The notes: generated by a model not told the origin, from the letters alone. Positions 1 to 20,495 are shown, counted from the stretch's first letter. The stretch: 64,000 nt of DNA from Eledone cirrhosa (GCA_964016885.1 OZ024759.1:33170001-33234000), one strand, 5' to 3'. Translations and numbers: made by a program.

Positions 1-3870
<3,870 letters not shown>

Positions 3871-3871
3871 A

Positions 3872-3933
3872 TTTCAGCGAGTAGAAAAGGCGAAATGAAA
3901 CGCAAAAATCATATATATATATTTATATATTTG

Positions 3934-3989
<56 letters not shown>

Positions 3990-4037
3990 TATTTATCTTA
4001 TTTTTGCATTTCATTTCGCCTTTTCTACTCGCCGAAA
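3872..4037. repeat. Inverted repeat (38-bp arms) flanking a TA tract
   Basis: tttcagcgagtagaaaaggcgaaatgaaacgcaaaaat (3872-3909) is the reverse complement of 4000-4037 with 2 mismatches. Confidence 0.85.
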
Positions 4038-4063
4038 TGCGATTCTCGCTGAATCTATATTTG

Positions 4064-4107
<44 letters not shown>

Positions 4108-4171
4108 TGTTTCTCGGTCTATCTTCATTCATATGTTCATTTCGCAACAACGCAGCACGCCATTTTTCATT

Positions 4172-4226
<55 letters not shown>

Positions 4227-4690
4227 GCACACATAATTCCCTGTATGATAAATAAAGCTGACCTAAATGATGAAAAATAAATACGAATAAATACGAATAT
4301 ACGGCACTCGTTTCTTGACCATCTGCTCTAAGTTTGGATTTGAAATAAATCAACATTATATGTGAGGGGAAGTCGATATATTATCGCAGCATAGCTGTAT
4401 TTCTTCTCGTTTATCGTGGTAACAATGGCGTGATGGCTACGTAAAGCTGTCCAATTTAATTTCACAAGAGTTGATTCAGCTCATTCCGCGTTGAGTTCAA
4501 ATATTAGGTTAAATTACAGATTAAATTTGCCTTCAAACATTTAGCAGTTCATAAATAAATTACAAATCTATAGTACACAGGTTTTGGCGGAGTCTTTAAA
4601 GTCAGCAATATGGTGGTGTGCAGTATAGAATTCGAGCGTCGGGTAACTGAGGTCTAATAACCTGCCACAGGCCGTTAATATAATAATAAT

Positions 4691-4858
4691 GTTTTCTACT
4701 TCTGGCACAAGGCCAGCAATTATCCCAATGCCTTACTGGTACTTTATTTTATCGACGCCGTAAGGATGGAAGGCAAAGTTAGCCTCGGCGAGTTTTGAAC
4801 TCAGATTGCTGCAAAACATGGCGTCCGACTCTCTACCGAAACTTCCAATCCACCGCCG
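4691..4858 (-). mobile_element. tRNA-derived Meta-type SINE (family S1), internally deleted
   Basis: Matches other copies: A-box/B-box-like head, central ctttcatcctt..gtcgataaaataaagtaccag, 3' ggccttgtgcc..agtagaaac; flanking gttaatataat duplication. Confidence 0.88.
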
Positions 4859-4873
4859 TTAATATAATATAAC

Positions 4874-5014
4874 TGTTTCTCCTTTTGGCACAAGGCCAGC
4901 AATTACCCAGTACATTACTGGTACTTTATTTTATTGACCCCGTAAGGATGGAAGGCAAAGTTAACCTCGGCGGGATTTGAACTCAGAATGGCAAGGACCA
5001 TAACTCTATGCTGC
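4874..5014 (-). mobile_element. SINE S1, 5'-truncated, tandem to previous copy
   Basis: tgtttctccttttggcacaaggccagc...gggatttgaactcagaatggcaagg. Confidence 0.88.
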
Positions 5015-5499
5015 AATATAATCAAAAGAGAGATTAGGAAAAACATTCTATCCTTAGTCACATTTGGGCATCACAAGACTAGTTGATTTTACAAATACTC
5101 CATATTCCTTTGTGGTAGACTGTGAAAATACAACTTAGAAAGTCATATCTAAACACAACATAGCATTTCGTCCAACGATTCTAGTGATACAGCCAATTGG
5201 ACACCCTTTAGTTTCTTATATCAGAGCTGCCATCCTCTAAAGCTCCATGGAGAGTACCATGAAAAAAAGGGTCCCCAAAACGGGGAGAAATAAGGCAAAA
5301 TGGGAAGATTTTACATAATGAAAGCTATACCCATTTTCAAAAGAGAAGACATCTTTCACCTACCCCAAAGTGGGTGGGAGATCTCCCTGTCCGACGGGAA
5401 GTATTGACAGGTCTGTTACATAGACACAAGGACTGACATTTTTGGTAAGCAGAATGTCAGTTTTATCGACGGATGTTCTTAATTAATAATTCATATTAA

Positions 5500-5605
5500 C
5501 AACCTCAGAAGGATGAAAGGTAAAACTGACCTCTACGGGATGAGAACACAGAATGTATAACACAGGAATAAATACTGACACACACGTGTCCGACGCTCTA
5601 ACGCT
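5500..5605 (-). mobile_element. Old diverged S1-related SINE fragment
   Basis: aaggatgaaaggtaaaactgacctc..gggatgagaacacag..gtccgacgctcta. Confidence 0.55.
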
Positions 5606-5711
5606 CTACCATCTACTACATTTAAAAATATAAAGGATCGATCGACTTTCGTCAAATCGGACCGAGGAAACAATGTTTTCGTCGGTCTTTCCAGCTGCTA
5701 ATACTATCTAT

Positions 5712-5830
5712 CAGTGGCAACACGTGAAATAAAGTGTCTTGCTCAAGGACATAACGCATCACTCGGTCCAGAAACCGAACTCACAACCTCATGATTGTGA
5801 ATCCCTTCTCTAACCACTCAGCCACACGCC
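5712..5830 (-). mobile_element. tRNA-derived SINE with CORE-like segment (family S2), partial
   Basis: Reverse strand reads tggctgagtggttag (A box), gagttcggtttc (B-box-like), tgtccttgagcaagacacttt (CORE-like). Confidence 0.75.
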
Positions 5831-6213
5831 TTCACTACTACCATTTTAGGGTTAAATTAATAACCAATATTAAATGATATAACCGTTAATCGATAGACTG
5901 ATCATCAATATGTACCGTGTGTACTCAGCTTTTATTTGATTAGAGCGGAAGCGAAAGAAACACACACATTTCCTATTCCATGGGGTCCCGAGGTGCTTCG
6001 AGTTGAGATCTTCTGAAGTGCTATTTCCATTAATTCACATTTATGGTTTGGAACACATAAAAGTTAACTTCACACAAGGCCTGCAGTGGATTCACATGGA
6101 ACGCTAGCTTGAACGCGGCATCTAATGATATAAAGTATTCTACAATAAAATTCTTCTTTTGTCCTTCCTCTCTACGTCCTATCTAATCCACCCTTTCCTT
6201 TCTCTCTCTCTCG

Positions 6214-6260
<47 letters not shown>

Positions 6261-6282
6261 TATATATGTATATATATTAATA

Positions 6283-6321
<39 letters not shown>

Positions 6322-6663
6322 ATATTAATATATATAGAGATAGTAATATATATATATATATATTAATATATATATATATATATATATCTATACATAAATA
6401 CACGCACATACATACATACACTATATACATACATACACACATATATATATATATGTATATAAACATATATGGATGTATCGCTATCTGTGTATAACGGATT
6501 TGTTGGGAGGTGGGGGTGTTCTGTTTGAATCTTTGTGTCCTAATGCTATAAAATCATCAATTACTATAAATATTTACTTTTGAAGCACTCAATACGAGTA
6601 TTAAGGTCAACATTATTTTATATAATAGGTTAACTGGGAATTCCAGTTTCACTACTTGTGGTT

Positions 6664-6778
<115 letters not shown>

Positions 6779-6794
6779 CCAGGGTGTTTATTAA

Positions 6795-6892
6795 GAGGTG
6801 GTTAGAACCCGGTACTTTTAAGATCTGAGTTGAAATCACGACGAGGATAGTCGTGTTGTGCTTTTCATTCTTTCGGGGTCCTCGAGATAATG
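6795..6892 (+). mobile_element. Old S1-related SINE fragment
   Basis: gatctgagttgaaatc..gagg..ttttcattctttcggggtc. Confidence 0.45.
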
Positions 6893-7189
6893 TATCCGTC
6901 AAACGCTGAGTCAATATACTCAAACCTCCCCTGCAACCTGCCCGCCTAAAACAAGGGCCTGGATTTCAAACACTTTATAGAATGTTTGAAAATATTGAAG
7001 AAACCACAAAACGTAGATTACTCTACCAAGAAATGAAAGTAAATCCATTATTGAAACGGGAACATTGTCCGAATATTTGTATTATTGGATCATGATTTAA
7101 GCACAATATCATCGTTGTGAGGGAAGGGGGTACTCAATTAAATCTACCCCAGTGTGTTACCTCAGATAATGGACCACAGAAGGCTGAAA

Positions 7190-7536
7190 GGCTGCAAAAT
7201 TCATAGGCGGACTAAGAAAGAATTATTCTAGGGCTGTGAAATCTTGTATGCATTTCTTATTAATAACTGCATTGTTTCTTTCCAGGAATTATGTAGAAAA
7301 ATAAACCTCATTTGGTCATTACGTGAGAGTATCTTGGTCAGCCTATGTATATATGGGCTGAAAAGTTTATAGGCTGAATATGAAGGAGTGATGCTAGGGT
7401 TCCGAAATCTTGAATGCATAATTTATAATCACATTGTTTATTTTCAGGAACTATGTTGAAGAATAAACCTCATTTGGTCATTCCATGAGAGTATCCTAGT
7501 CATATGCTGACTATGAAAGTTTCGGCCGGCCCGCAT
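7190..7536 (+). mobile_element. Two tandem mariner-derived MITE-like copies (7190-7347, 7353-7536)
   Basis: About 160-bp duplication; TIR-like gctgaaaagtttataggctga / gtcagcctatg; internal aactatgttgaagaataa encodes NYVEE*, like the mariner transposase C-terminus; TA at the junction. Confidence 0.7.
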
Positions 7537-7938
7537 CAATATTTTCATCATGAACATAAATGTAAAATGAGTTCCTATGAAATGAATAACTGAAGTAAGG
7601 AGCCTACGGCTAGAATTTGGTAGCCATATTGAATAATGCCAATAAATTAACCTGTCCATTCATAGTTATAAACTAAAGTCAGTGTAATGAATTACCATGA
7701 AAGCAGATATAGCAATTAATTTGTAATACAATATGTACGCCATCTCTTGTAACAAACCTTAGTTACCGCAGTTAAGGCTGGAGTATCTCACATAGCCATA
7801 TGAGATATCATATAAGATATTATACGAGATATCATATGAGATTATATATGAGAGGAGGCCATATAAGAGGTCATATAAGATGCTAGAAATAACCAAGAAA
7901 TCTCATTTACACATTAGCATGACATCTGAAAGGAAATG

Positions 7939-8109
7939 GTTTCTACTTTTGGCACAAGGCCAGCAATTACCCAGTACATTATTGGTACTTTATTTTATCG
8001 ACTCCGTAAGGATGAAAGGCAAAGTTAACCTCGCCGGGATTTGAACTCAGATCGTAAAGGGACGTAACTATGCTGGAAAGCATGTCCGATCCTCTACCGG
8101 TACTGCCAA
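7939..8109 (-). mobile_element. SINE S1
   Basis: Near full-length match; aggaaatg TSD on both sides. Confidence 0.9.
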
Positions 8110-8268
8110 GAGGAAATGATTATATATTTATATTTATTCACACACAAACACATAAAAACCTACATACATACACACACGTTATGTTACTAGTACTTTATTT
8201 GCTCGATAAGTTTATTCATATACACATACATAAATATATATATATATATATATATATACACCAACCCC

Positions 8269-8356
<88 letters not shown>

Positions 8357-8389
8357 CAATATTAATTGCAGCATTTGTAAACTTTATTT

Positions 8390-8475
8390 CATATTATATT
8401 TGTTTCTATATCGATTAACTCGAGTTTGATCATGCGATCGGATCCCGACCCTTAATCGACACTTCTTCAGATATG
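8390..8475 (-). ncRNA. Type I hammerhead-like motif with long stem II, decayed stem III
   Basis: Minus strand: CAUAU-CUGAAGA-A GUGUCGAUUAA..UUAAUCGAUAU A-GAAA-CAAAUA-UA-AUAUG, then AAUAAA. Confidence 0.65.
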
Positions 8476-8486
8476 GGACATTATAT

Positions 8487-8540
<54 letters not shown>

Positions 8541-8847
8541 CTTTTATATAACCTTAAATAGATGAAAGGCAAAGCTGATCAAATGATAGTCTAAAGTAAA
8601 AGAGGGTCAAATATATTGGGGTTGAACAAAAATCGCCATAGTTGCAAAACCAACACGCTAACCACATACCCATACATGAACATATATAAATATAACTGTA
8701 TTTATTTTGCCCGAAACTGGAATAAATATTATATAAAACATCTGTGACACAACATACTTTCAAAACAATCAATGATTGGATAAATAATTTATTTAGAATA
8801 AATTTGGTATATCAGTGGCGTATACTGTAAAAAACATGTTTTCTGAG

Positions 8848-9221
8848 AAAAGCAGTATTGTCAAGACGTTCCACTAGGTTGGCTAGCTCTTCTTTTTTCC
8901 CTGCTATATCATCTATGTCGTCAGCAAAACGAAAGTTCATAACAGTCGTGCCGCCAATGCTGACTGTTCTTTCATGTCCTTCTAGTGCGTCTGTCATAAT
9001 TCTCTCTACGATGTTGGATAGAGCAAACATCCTTGTCTTACCCCGACTGTGGTTCTGAACCAGTCCCCGACGCTGTTGTTTAAGTAGAATGCGCTGATGG
9101 CCTTGTCATATAGGCTCCATATCACCCTGATCAAGTTACCATTGATATTGTACAGTTAAATTGTGGCCCACAGTGTTGCGCGCCAAACCTTGTCTAACGC
9201 CTTCTTGTAGTCCGCGAAGTC
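8848..9221 (-). pseudogene. Non-LTR (RTE-like) reverse transcriptase fragment
   Basis: Minus translation DFADYKKALDKVW..FRTTVGVRQGC..IGGTTVMNFRFADDID, with stop and frameshift; RT motifs QG and FADD. Confidence 0.9.
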
Positions 9222-9470
9222 GTTTTTTTTTATGTGAGAGTAAATATGTTTACAAAGAAATTAGATATTTTCAAAAATATGAATTGTGTTTCTCTTATTA
9301 TAAGATGAGCTGTAACAGTCTATACAATGACCAGGAATAAATAGACGGATAAGTCGGATATATAACCTTTTGTGACGAAACAAAATGGCAGTGGCACTGA
9401 TGCGACTACAAGGGCTATTTAACCGACGTAATCGTCTATTATATATATGTATATATATATATATATATAT

Positions 9471-9535
<65 letters not shown>

Positions 9536-9698
9536 TATATATATGTAAATATATATATACAAATATTCATATATATTTGTGTGTATGTGTGTGTATGTGT
9601 GTATGTTTGTATGTGTTTGTGTGTGAATAAATATAAATATATTATATATATATATATATATATATAGATGTGTGCGTGTATCTGTCTGTGAATGTGAT

Positions 9699-9732
<34 letters not shown>

Positions 9733-9882
9733 AATATATATATATATATATTTACACACACACACACACATATATATATATGTATAAATCGTTACCCCTT
9801 AAAAAAACAACAACAAAACAACGCCAACATGACAACAGGAACAGCAACCAAAACAACACCGCCAACGAGCTTCCAACCTTTT

Positions 9883-10182
<300 letters not shown>

Positions 10183-10632
10183 TTTCCTGATGGTTCCATT
10201 CCAGAAAACTTGAAACTATTCCGGCAAACTTCCAACTTTATACTGGAAAATTATTCTTTTCTTTCACTTCGCATTTTTCTTATATTTTTAACAAAAATAT
10301 CACAAGCACAACAATGACAACACTAACAACAACAACAACGACAACAAATAAGACAACACACATTCTTTTCCTCGCCATCTTTGTAACAGGAAATCTATCT
10401 TATATACCTATGACAGTAAAGACAACAAATATATGATGATGCATTGTTAATCAATTTTAATTTTTTAATATATATATATGGATATACATATGGATATATA
10501 TACATATGGATATATGTATATATATGGTATATATATATATATGTATACATATATGTATGTGTGTGTGTATGGTAGTAAATTCAAGGATTTTGTTTTCCAT
10601 CAGCAATAAAATGAAAGTAATATATATATAAT

Positions 10633-10711
<79 letters not shown>

Positions 10712-10793
10712 ACTATATGTATATAAACATATATATATATACATATATAAACGCAAATACATATATACATATGTATTCACTCACTTATACACA

Positions 10794-10857
<64 letters not shown>

Positions 10858-10996
10858 TTTTACCAGATATTTTGATTTACAAAAGATAATGATGATAATC
10901 TTAAATCATCATGTAAACAAAGACGAGACCGAATCATGATTATGGAACAATGGAAAAAATACGTTTCATTTTCTTTCCAATTCCCTATTAATAATA

Positions 10997-11041
<45 letters not shown>

Positions 11042-11057
11042 GTAATAATAATAATAA

Positions 11058-11146
11058 TTGTTTATACTTTAAGCACAAGGCCAGTAATTTCAATGGCGGG
11101 GGAATCGATTAAATCGACTCCGGTTAGTGCTACTTTATTTTATCGA
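11058..11146 (-). mobile_element. Older S1-related SINE 3' part
   Basis: gcacaaggccagtaatt..actttattttatcga following a (TAA)n tract. Confidence 0.6.
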
Positions 11147-11154
11147 ATTCTTTA

Positions 11155-11660
11155 CCCTCTTATTCTTGGGAGAGCCGTGAGAGAATATTCCTCAAACACT
11201 CCTCCCAGCGTATTCTGTCAGAAACAACCGTCTCCAACAGATCCAGCTGGATCCCTTAGCGAGATCAGCCAAGCTCATGGATTTTATCCAACCAACGTGC
11301 TGGGGCTCTACGCCATTGACTATTGCTTGTTGGTTTTGTCCGTAAAATCTGTCCAGCGATTCTTTCCTGAGACATTCTAACCACATGCCCATAGCATCAG
11401 AGCTGTGATCTCACAATTCGGAGAAGTAGCAGCTTTACCTTGAGTACTCCAGCGATTCCTTCCTGTGACATTATAACCACACACCCATAGTATCGGAGCT
11501 GTGATCTCACAATTCGGAGAAGTAGCAGCTTTACCTTGAGTACTCCAGCGATTCCTTCCTGTGACATTATAACCACACACCCATAGTATCGGAGCTGTGA
11601 TCTCACAATTTGGAGAAGTAGTGGCTCTAACTGGAGTGACTCTCTCATCACAGAGTTTGT
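11155..11660 (-). mobile_element. RTE-like LINE 3' remnant with internal 96-bp triplication
   Basis: Translation IVRSQLRYYG..MSQE (post-RT region) and WLDKIHEL..SDRIRWEECL..LSQE*; homologous to 17770-17905. Confidence 0.7.
11353..11620. repeat. 96-bp tandem repeat x ~2.8
   Basis: ccagcgatt units start at 11353, 11449 and 11545. Confidence 0.92.
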
Positions 11661-11934
11661 TCGTTTTAAATCGTTCATCATTTCATCATTATTACTACAA
11701 CTACTATCATAGAAAAGTGTGTACAGGAAAATAGTTTACATACTAGAACATCTTTCGTAAACAAATATATTCTGTATACAAAGTATATGTATCAAGGGTG
11801 CGTGGTTCGATTCCTATCAACGGATTCAGACTAGATATGATATTTAAAAAATAACTAATCTCTAGAGTTTACAAAAAAATAATACTTCTTATTCCCATTT
11901 TAATAAAATAATAATGCTTTTGTTGAAATCATAT

Positions 11935-12030
<96 letters not shown>

Positions 12031-12368
12031 TTATATGTATATATATATATATATATATTCATCAAAATTCTATTTCACATACATAGTTACATTTATATAA
12101 TTATATAGGAGATACAACTTTCACAAACGTGTATATATAAAAAATATATATACACACATATAGACAGCGGTTCTCATACATCTGCTCATGTGGAAAGAAA
12201 AGTAAACTCACATATTTATATTATTTCAAATATATGTAAACACACACATATACATACGTACACTCGTATATATATATATACATATATATATAAATTATAT
12301 ATATATGTATACATTTATATGTATACATTTATATATATACATACATCTGTGTATATATATATATAAAT

Positions 12369-12400
<32 letters not shown>

Positions 12401-12812
12401 AACAGCTGTAATTAGCCTCTTAAAAGATTTACAATCAATCAAGCATATACGGAAATAATCTTGTAGGAAACTCAAAACATCTCCTGAGACATCGGGTTTA
12501 CAAAAAGACAAAAAAACAAAATGTCTGCACACAAAGAAAAGTATTGTAATTTCAGAATTTATGAGGAAAATCTTTGAACGTAGACCATATTTTGTAGTTA
12601 ATACCCGTCTATTGTTTCGTTGTTCTGTTAATATTATGTTTTGTATGTTGGTATGTCGCTACATCAGTCAGATGTGGTTTTAGCGTATTTAACATACGCC
12701 TTATATATATATATATACACATGTAAAGACACATATATACATATAAATATGTGTTTATATACATATATATATAGTAATAAAATAAATTTTAATAAATATA
12801 TATATATATATA

Positions 12813-12935
12813 TAGGAACGAGTAGGACCCCCACGAGTGGGGTCCTACTCGTTCCTATTACCCACTCTACTACCCCAAGTATTGAGTACTTTGGTGCGTT
12901 ATGGTCCACCTGGTTCCTTACCACATTTCCTTCGT

Positions 12936-12936
<1 letters not shown>
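12813..12936 (+). mobile_element. TA-embedded fold-back element, family A (short copy)
   Basis: Same 3' sequence (..ggttccttaccacatttccttcgtt) as 14218, 30028 and 31739; inverted head taggaacgagtaggacccc/ggggtcctactcgttccta. Confidence 0.85.
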
Positions 12937-12966
<30 letters not shown>

Positions 12967-13301
12967 ATGTGGGGGTGTATGTGTGTGAATGGCCAGAGAC
13001 ACCGGCTACAACAGCCACCCCACCTGGTGGGGTTCCTTCACCAAACTGTCCACCGTCTTTCCCGATTTTACATAATACACCAGCCGTCCTGGAAACTGAT
13101 CGAGTTATAATATAAATACACCATTGCTAAATTGGCTCTATCATATTCTAAGTAATTTAAAAGCAGTAAATATCAGTGGTATGGTGAGGAAATGGAAGAT
13201 TATATAGGGAGGAGGAGGATTAAGACCGTCTCCGTATATCTACCACCTCGCTATTTTCACAGTTCAAGCCCCTTCAATGATACATCATCTTTCATTATTT
13301 C

Positions 13302-13490
13302 AAGGGCGGTGGATTGGCAGTATCGGTAGAGAGTCGGACGCCATGCTTTCCAGCATAGTTACGTCCCTTTACGATCTGAGTTCAAATCCCGCCGAGGTTG
13401 ACTTTGCCTTTCATCCTTATGGGGTCGATAAAATAAAGTACCAGTAATGCACTGGGTAATTGCTGGCCTTGTGCCTAAAGTAGAGACAAT
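13302..13490 (+). mobile_element. SINE S1 full length
   Basis: ggcggtggattggcagtatcgg (A box), gagttcaaatccc (B box), Meta-like core, 3' end. Confidence 0.92.
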
Positions 13491-13506
13491 TATTTCAAGG
13501 GCAAGA

Positions 13507-13645
13507 ATAGAGTTACAGCCCTTGCCATTCTGAGTTCAAATCCCGCCAAGGTTAACTTTGCCTTTCATCCTTATGGGGTCGATAAAATAAAGTACCAGTA
13601 ATGCAATGGGTAAATGCTGGCCTTGTGCCAAAAGTTGAAACAATC
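13507..13645 (+). mobile_element. SINE S1, 5'-truncated, tandem
   Basis: agagttacagcccttgccattctgagttcaaatccc..; tcaagggc(aaga) recurs at ~13300, 13495 and 13649. Confidence 0.9.
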
Positions 13646-14217
13646 ATATCAAGGGCAAGACATATATTTCCATCCCAGTACTAGAAGTCGATTCTTTTAA
13701 AAAAAAAATCGGATGTGTTCTGATTTCGAAAAGTCAAGGTTCCACCATGTTTAATATGACAAAGATACACCATTTATCAAGAAGGTGTCCCTCCCCCCTC
13801 TGTAGCTAGAAGTAATCACTATTTATCTTTACCTAGCGAATACCAGTCATATGCTACCACCCACATTGGAGCATTTATTGAATAATTACCATTTTGCTCA
13901 CACGATTCCTACCCAATATTAATGTGAGAATTCTGAATTCTGCTCTGACCAACTTTAACAGAAATCTACTCTCTACAACAGAAATCTATGATCGAAGTGA
14001 AATTTGAAGGAAGAATGTATAATGTTAGTGGGATTTAAGTTATCTTAGCTGTGAAGCAATATTAGTGACTGAAGGGTCAGAGTTTCAGGCTTAAACCGAT
14101 CGATAATTGTTCCCCTAAAATATATGTGTATTGCACATACATTGGGAGAAGGAGGCTTACACAAAATATGTTTGGGGTGACATTTAGTAGTGTAAACTTA
14201 TACATATATATATATAT

Positions 14218-14569
<352 letters not shown>

Positions 14570-14704
14570 GTATATATATATGTATATATATATATGTATA
14601 TATATATGTATATATATATATATACATACTACTGTAATTCTGTATACATATATGTATGTACGTGTACATATATATATATATATTTCATGTGTACATATAT
14701 ATAT

Positions 14705-14778
<74 letters not shown>

Positions 14779-15078
14779 ATCTGTAACAACCTTGTCTGAC
14801 ATTTAATTCAAACGTACTTACTTACCAAGCCGGAGGCAAGATTCAAGAATGAGTATCGATTAAAAGATATGAACTTTCCATCAATATATTCAAACTTTCA
14901 CTATGACATATACGCTATAATAACTAATATTTCTTGCTTTGAGTATTACTGTCATTTGTTATGGCTGTCGATATTGAAGTGATTCTTGTCATACTTTCGT
15001 CTCTGTTGTAAACCACACAATTAAACTGCGCCATGTTTAGATGTTTATACATAAAATTAACAGTATGACACCAGGTTT

Positions 15079-17756
<2,678 letters not shown>

Positions 17757-17769
17757 TAGAGATAGATAG

Positions 17770-17905
17770 ATGGTTGGTTAAAGTCCATGAACTTAGCTGG
17801 TCACGGTTGGGGACCCAACCGGAGCAGCTGGAGAGTTTGCTTCTGACAGGACCCTCTGGAAGGAGTGTTTGAGGGCTCTGCCCCTACGACCCTCTCAGGA
17901 AGTAG
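17770..17905 (+). mobile_element. RTE-like LINE 3' end fragment
   Basis: [34 protein letters not shown], homologous to the minus-strand copy at 11155-11295. Confidence 0.65.
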
Positions 17906-17965
17906 GGACTACGTAGTTTTGATATAAGAACTGATTTTGCTTCACGTTGTTTTTCCATATGTTGT

Positions 17966-18028
<63 letters not shown>
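17966..18028. repeat. (GAT)n microsatellite
   Basis: About 21 perfect units. Confidence 0.95.
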
Positions 18029-18029
<1 letters not shown>

Positions 18030-18270
18030 GAGAAGCAGGGGAGAGGGGGGATCCTAGGAGGTAGTGGAGAAGAGGCCTTGTAGCATACTTTTTATATACT
18101 GACGACGATGATGATGATGATGATGATGATGACGTCGACAAAATTATGTGACATGCAAAAATAATGACCTCTTTAAGTAGTAATTTAAAAGAAATGTCAT
18201 GTTCTACACTATACACACACACACATATATATATAAATATATAAACATACACACATGTGTATAAATATAA

Positions 18271-18305
<35 letters not shown>

Positions 18306-18577
18306 TAGATGTATATACATACATATATATATATCTATATAGATACACATATATATCTATATACATACACATATCTATGTGTATATATGTATGTATATAT
18401 ATATATATATACATATATATCTATATACATACACATATCTATGTGTATATATGTATGTATATATATATATATTATATATATATATATATATATAAGTTAT
18501 TCCGGGTTGAATCGGAGGTAACCACAGTAAGTAAGGTACTCAATACATTGCAGAGTATAACAGTTTTAATATAGATG

Positions 18578-18628
18578 AGATTCTACAGGACTAGTACTGT
18601 TTCATTCTTTAGAAATCATCAGGAATCT
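18578..18628 (-). ncRNA. Type I hammerhead ribozyme motif
   Basis: AGAUUC-CUGAUGA-U UUC UAAA GAA U-GAAA-CAG UACUAGUC CUG-UA-GAAUCU. Confidence 0.85.
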
Positions 18629-18689
18629 GGGTATCAAAATATATATATATTTATATATATATAAATACCATATTTATTTTTTGATACCC

Positions 18690-18740
18690 AGATTCCTGAT
18701 GATTTCTAAAGAATGAAACAGTTCTAGTCCTGTAGAATCT
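18690..18740 (+). ncRNA. Type I hammerhead ribozyme motif (predicted cut after GUA, 18734)
   Basis: AGAUUC-CUGAUGA-U UUC UAAA GAA U-GAAA-CAG UUCUAGUC CUG-UA-GAAUCU; all three stems pair. Confidence 0.85.
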
Positions 18741-18754
18741 CATCTATATTAAAA

Positions 18755-18789
<35 letters not shown>

Positions 18790-20016
18790 TATTTTTTCCT
18801 TTTCAATTTATGTCGTTTACTTCATTCAAATCATTGTTTGTCAGTGCTGTTGATTTGTTGTTGTAGATTTTATATATATATTTTTAAAATACTTTTTCAT
18901 TAATGTTCGTTGTTGTTGTTATTGTTATTTTTGTTGTTGATATTTCAGCTGTTTAATTTTTGTCATTTATATATATTTATAAAATTTTATTTATTTGAAT
19001 TTTATTTTCGTTTTAAATTTTTTACTACTCGATTCATTTATTTATTTATGCAAGTTTAAGTTACCAGGGAAACGATCAATACGTTAAATTAATGACTATC
19101 ATAAACATTTGACAGGAAAAGAGGGACACAAAAAAAACAATAAAACACAAACGTAAGTTCATCGTTAAAGTAGTTTAAAAAAGTGTAAATATACACACAC
19201 ATTTTCGTATGGTTTAATACAATTTTGAATAAATTTCGATAAGTATCTTTGAGTTATATGTTGTTTAAATATATATTTTTTAATGAATTAATGTCAATAT
19301 CATTGGTAGCTTTAATAATTAGATATAATATGTACATAATTGTTTTTCTATATTTTTTCTTCAATTTAAATGGCGTCGAATTTTAAGAAAAGACTTGATG
19401 GATCGCATTTGTTAATATATTTATATTTTATTGCAATGGATATGATGACGAATTCGCAGAAACTTTTCTGTGATGAGGTGAATCACTTACGATATTTGTT
19501 TCACTGTAAATACATTAATATACCCCTGACACCATTATGAAATATATTCCATACGGTAATCTGATATCGATTTCATATTAGCCCTGTATTTAACCTGAAC
19601 CTCGTTTTGATTATTTCCACATCGCTCATATTAATTCTATTTGTAATTTCGCTAAGATGATAACCGATAAATCTCGCGACGCATGATGCCTTTCTTTCAG
19701 AGGACCCCATGAGGAATTGTCACAGCTTCCATTTGCCTAGATAAACTCAAAAAGAACAGCAACTACCAAACGCGTGTCAGAGACAGCTGAAAAGAGTTCT
19801 ATGGTGTTATGGTCACAGCAAAAGAAGGACAACTGAATCTAACACTATATATATATATAATATTAGGTACAAATCAAGTTGTTGAGGCAATCACAAAGCA
19901 CTCAATATAGCGATATCTTGATACATTACCGTCTGGAGTAAGCAGAACATTAATAATGTGTGACACCAAGAAAAACGACATATACCACAACAACGATAAA
20001 TGCAGAAAGGTTAAAA

Positions 20017-20051
<35 letters not shown>

Positions 20052-20201
20052 GATTTTGAGTATATGTTGGTTGTATACCAACATCTCAGTATGCAGGCTG
20101 GAGCACTCGACGAAGTGGGCAGGTTGGTTTGGTTACTCCGGAGTAATGTAAAATAAAGTAAAATAAATCAATCAAATGTTTAAAATTTAGCTTCGTTTAT
20201 T

Positions 20202-20256
20202 ACTGCTATATATATTTCGGTGACAGCCATCTTTGGCTGTAACCTCTTCAGGCAGT
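20202..20256 (-). ncRNA. Type I hammerhead ribozyme motif
   Basis: ACUGC-CUGAAGA-GGUUACAGCC AAAGAU GGCUGUCACC-GAAA-UAUAUA-UA-GCAGU, then AAUAAA. Confidence 0.88.
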
Positions 20257-20394
20257 TTGAATTAGTGTGGTATAGACAAGTACATATGTTGTTGAGGTGT
20301 ATAATTTTGTCAATACTCTGATATGCCCAGTTCCTGGTTGGGTTGTTATTTCACTGAGGAACTGGAATCATATGTCTATACCATACTAATTCGG

Positions 20395-20449
20395 ACTGCC
20401 TGAAGAGGTCACAGCCAAAGATGGTTGTCACCGAAATATATATAGCAGT
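20395..20449 (+). ncRNA. Type I hammerhead ribozyme motif (predicted cut after 20444)
   Basis: ACUGC-CUGAAGA-GGUCACAGCC AAAGAU GGUUGUCACC-GAAA-UAUAUA-UA-GCAGU; AAUAAA at 20450. Confidence 0.88.
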
Positions 20450-20495
20450 AATAAACGAAGCTAAATTTTAAACATTTGATTGATTTATTTTACTT

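Larger units (their letters stand above)
18495..18755. mobile_element. Fold-back PLE-like element, family D, 77-bp inverted arms
   Basis: Arms 18563-18639 and 18679-18755 with one mismatch; flanked by (TA)n; homologous to 50080-50235 and 48421-48471. Confidence 0.88.

Noticed and set aside
11353-11620. CRISPR-like appearance of repeats (also 59357-60657)
   Set aside because: No unique spacers and no cas genes; eukaryotic tandem repeats.
13302-13400. tRNA gene
   Set aside because: A/B boxes belong to a SINE head; no cloverleaf, and it continues into the SINE body.
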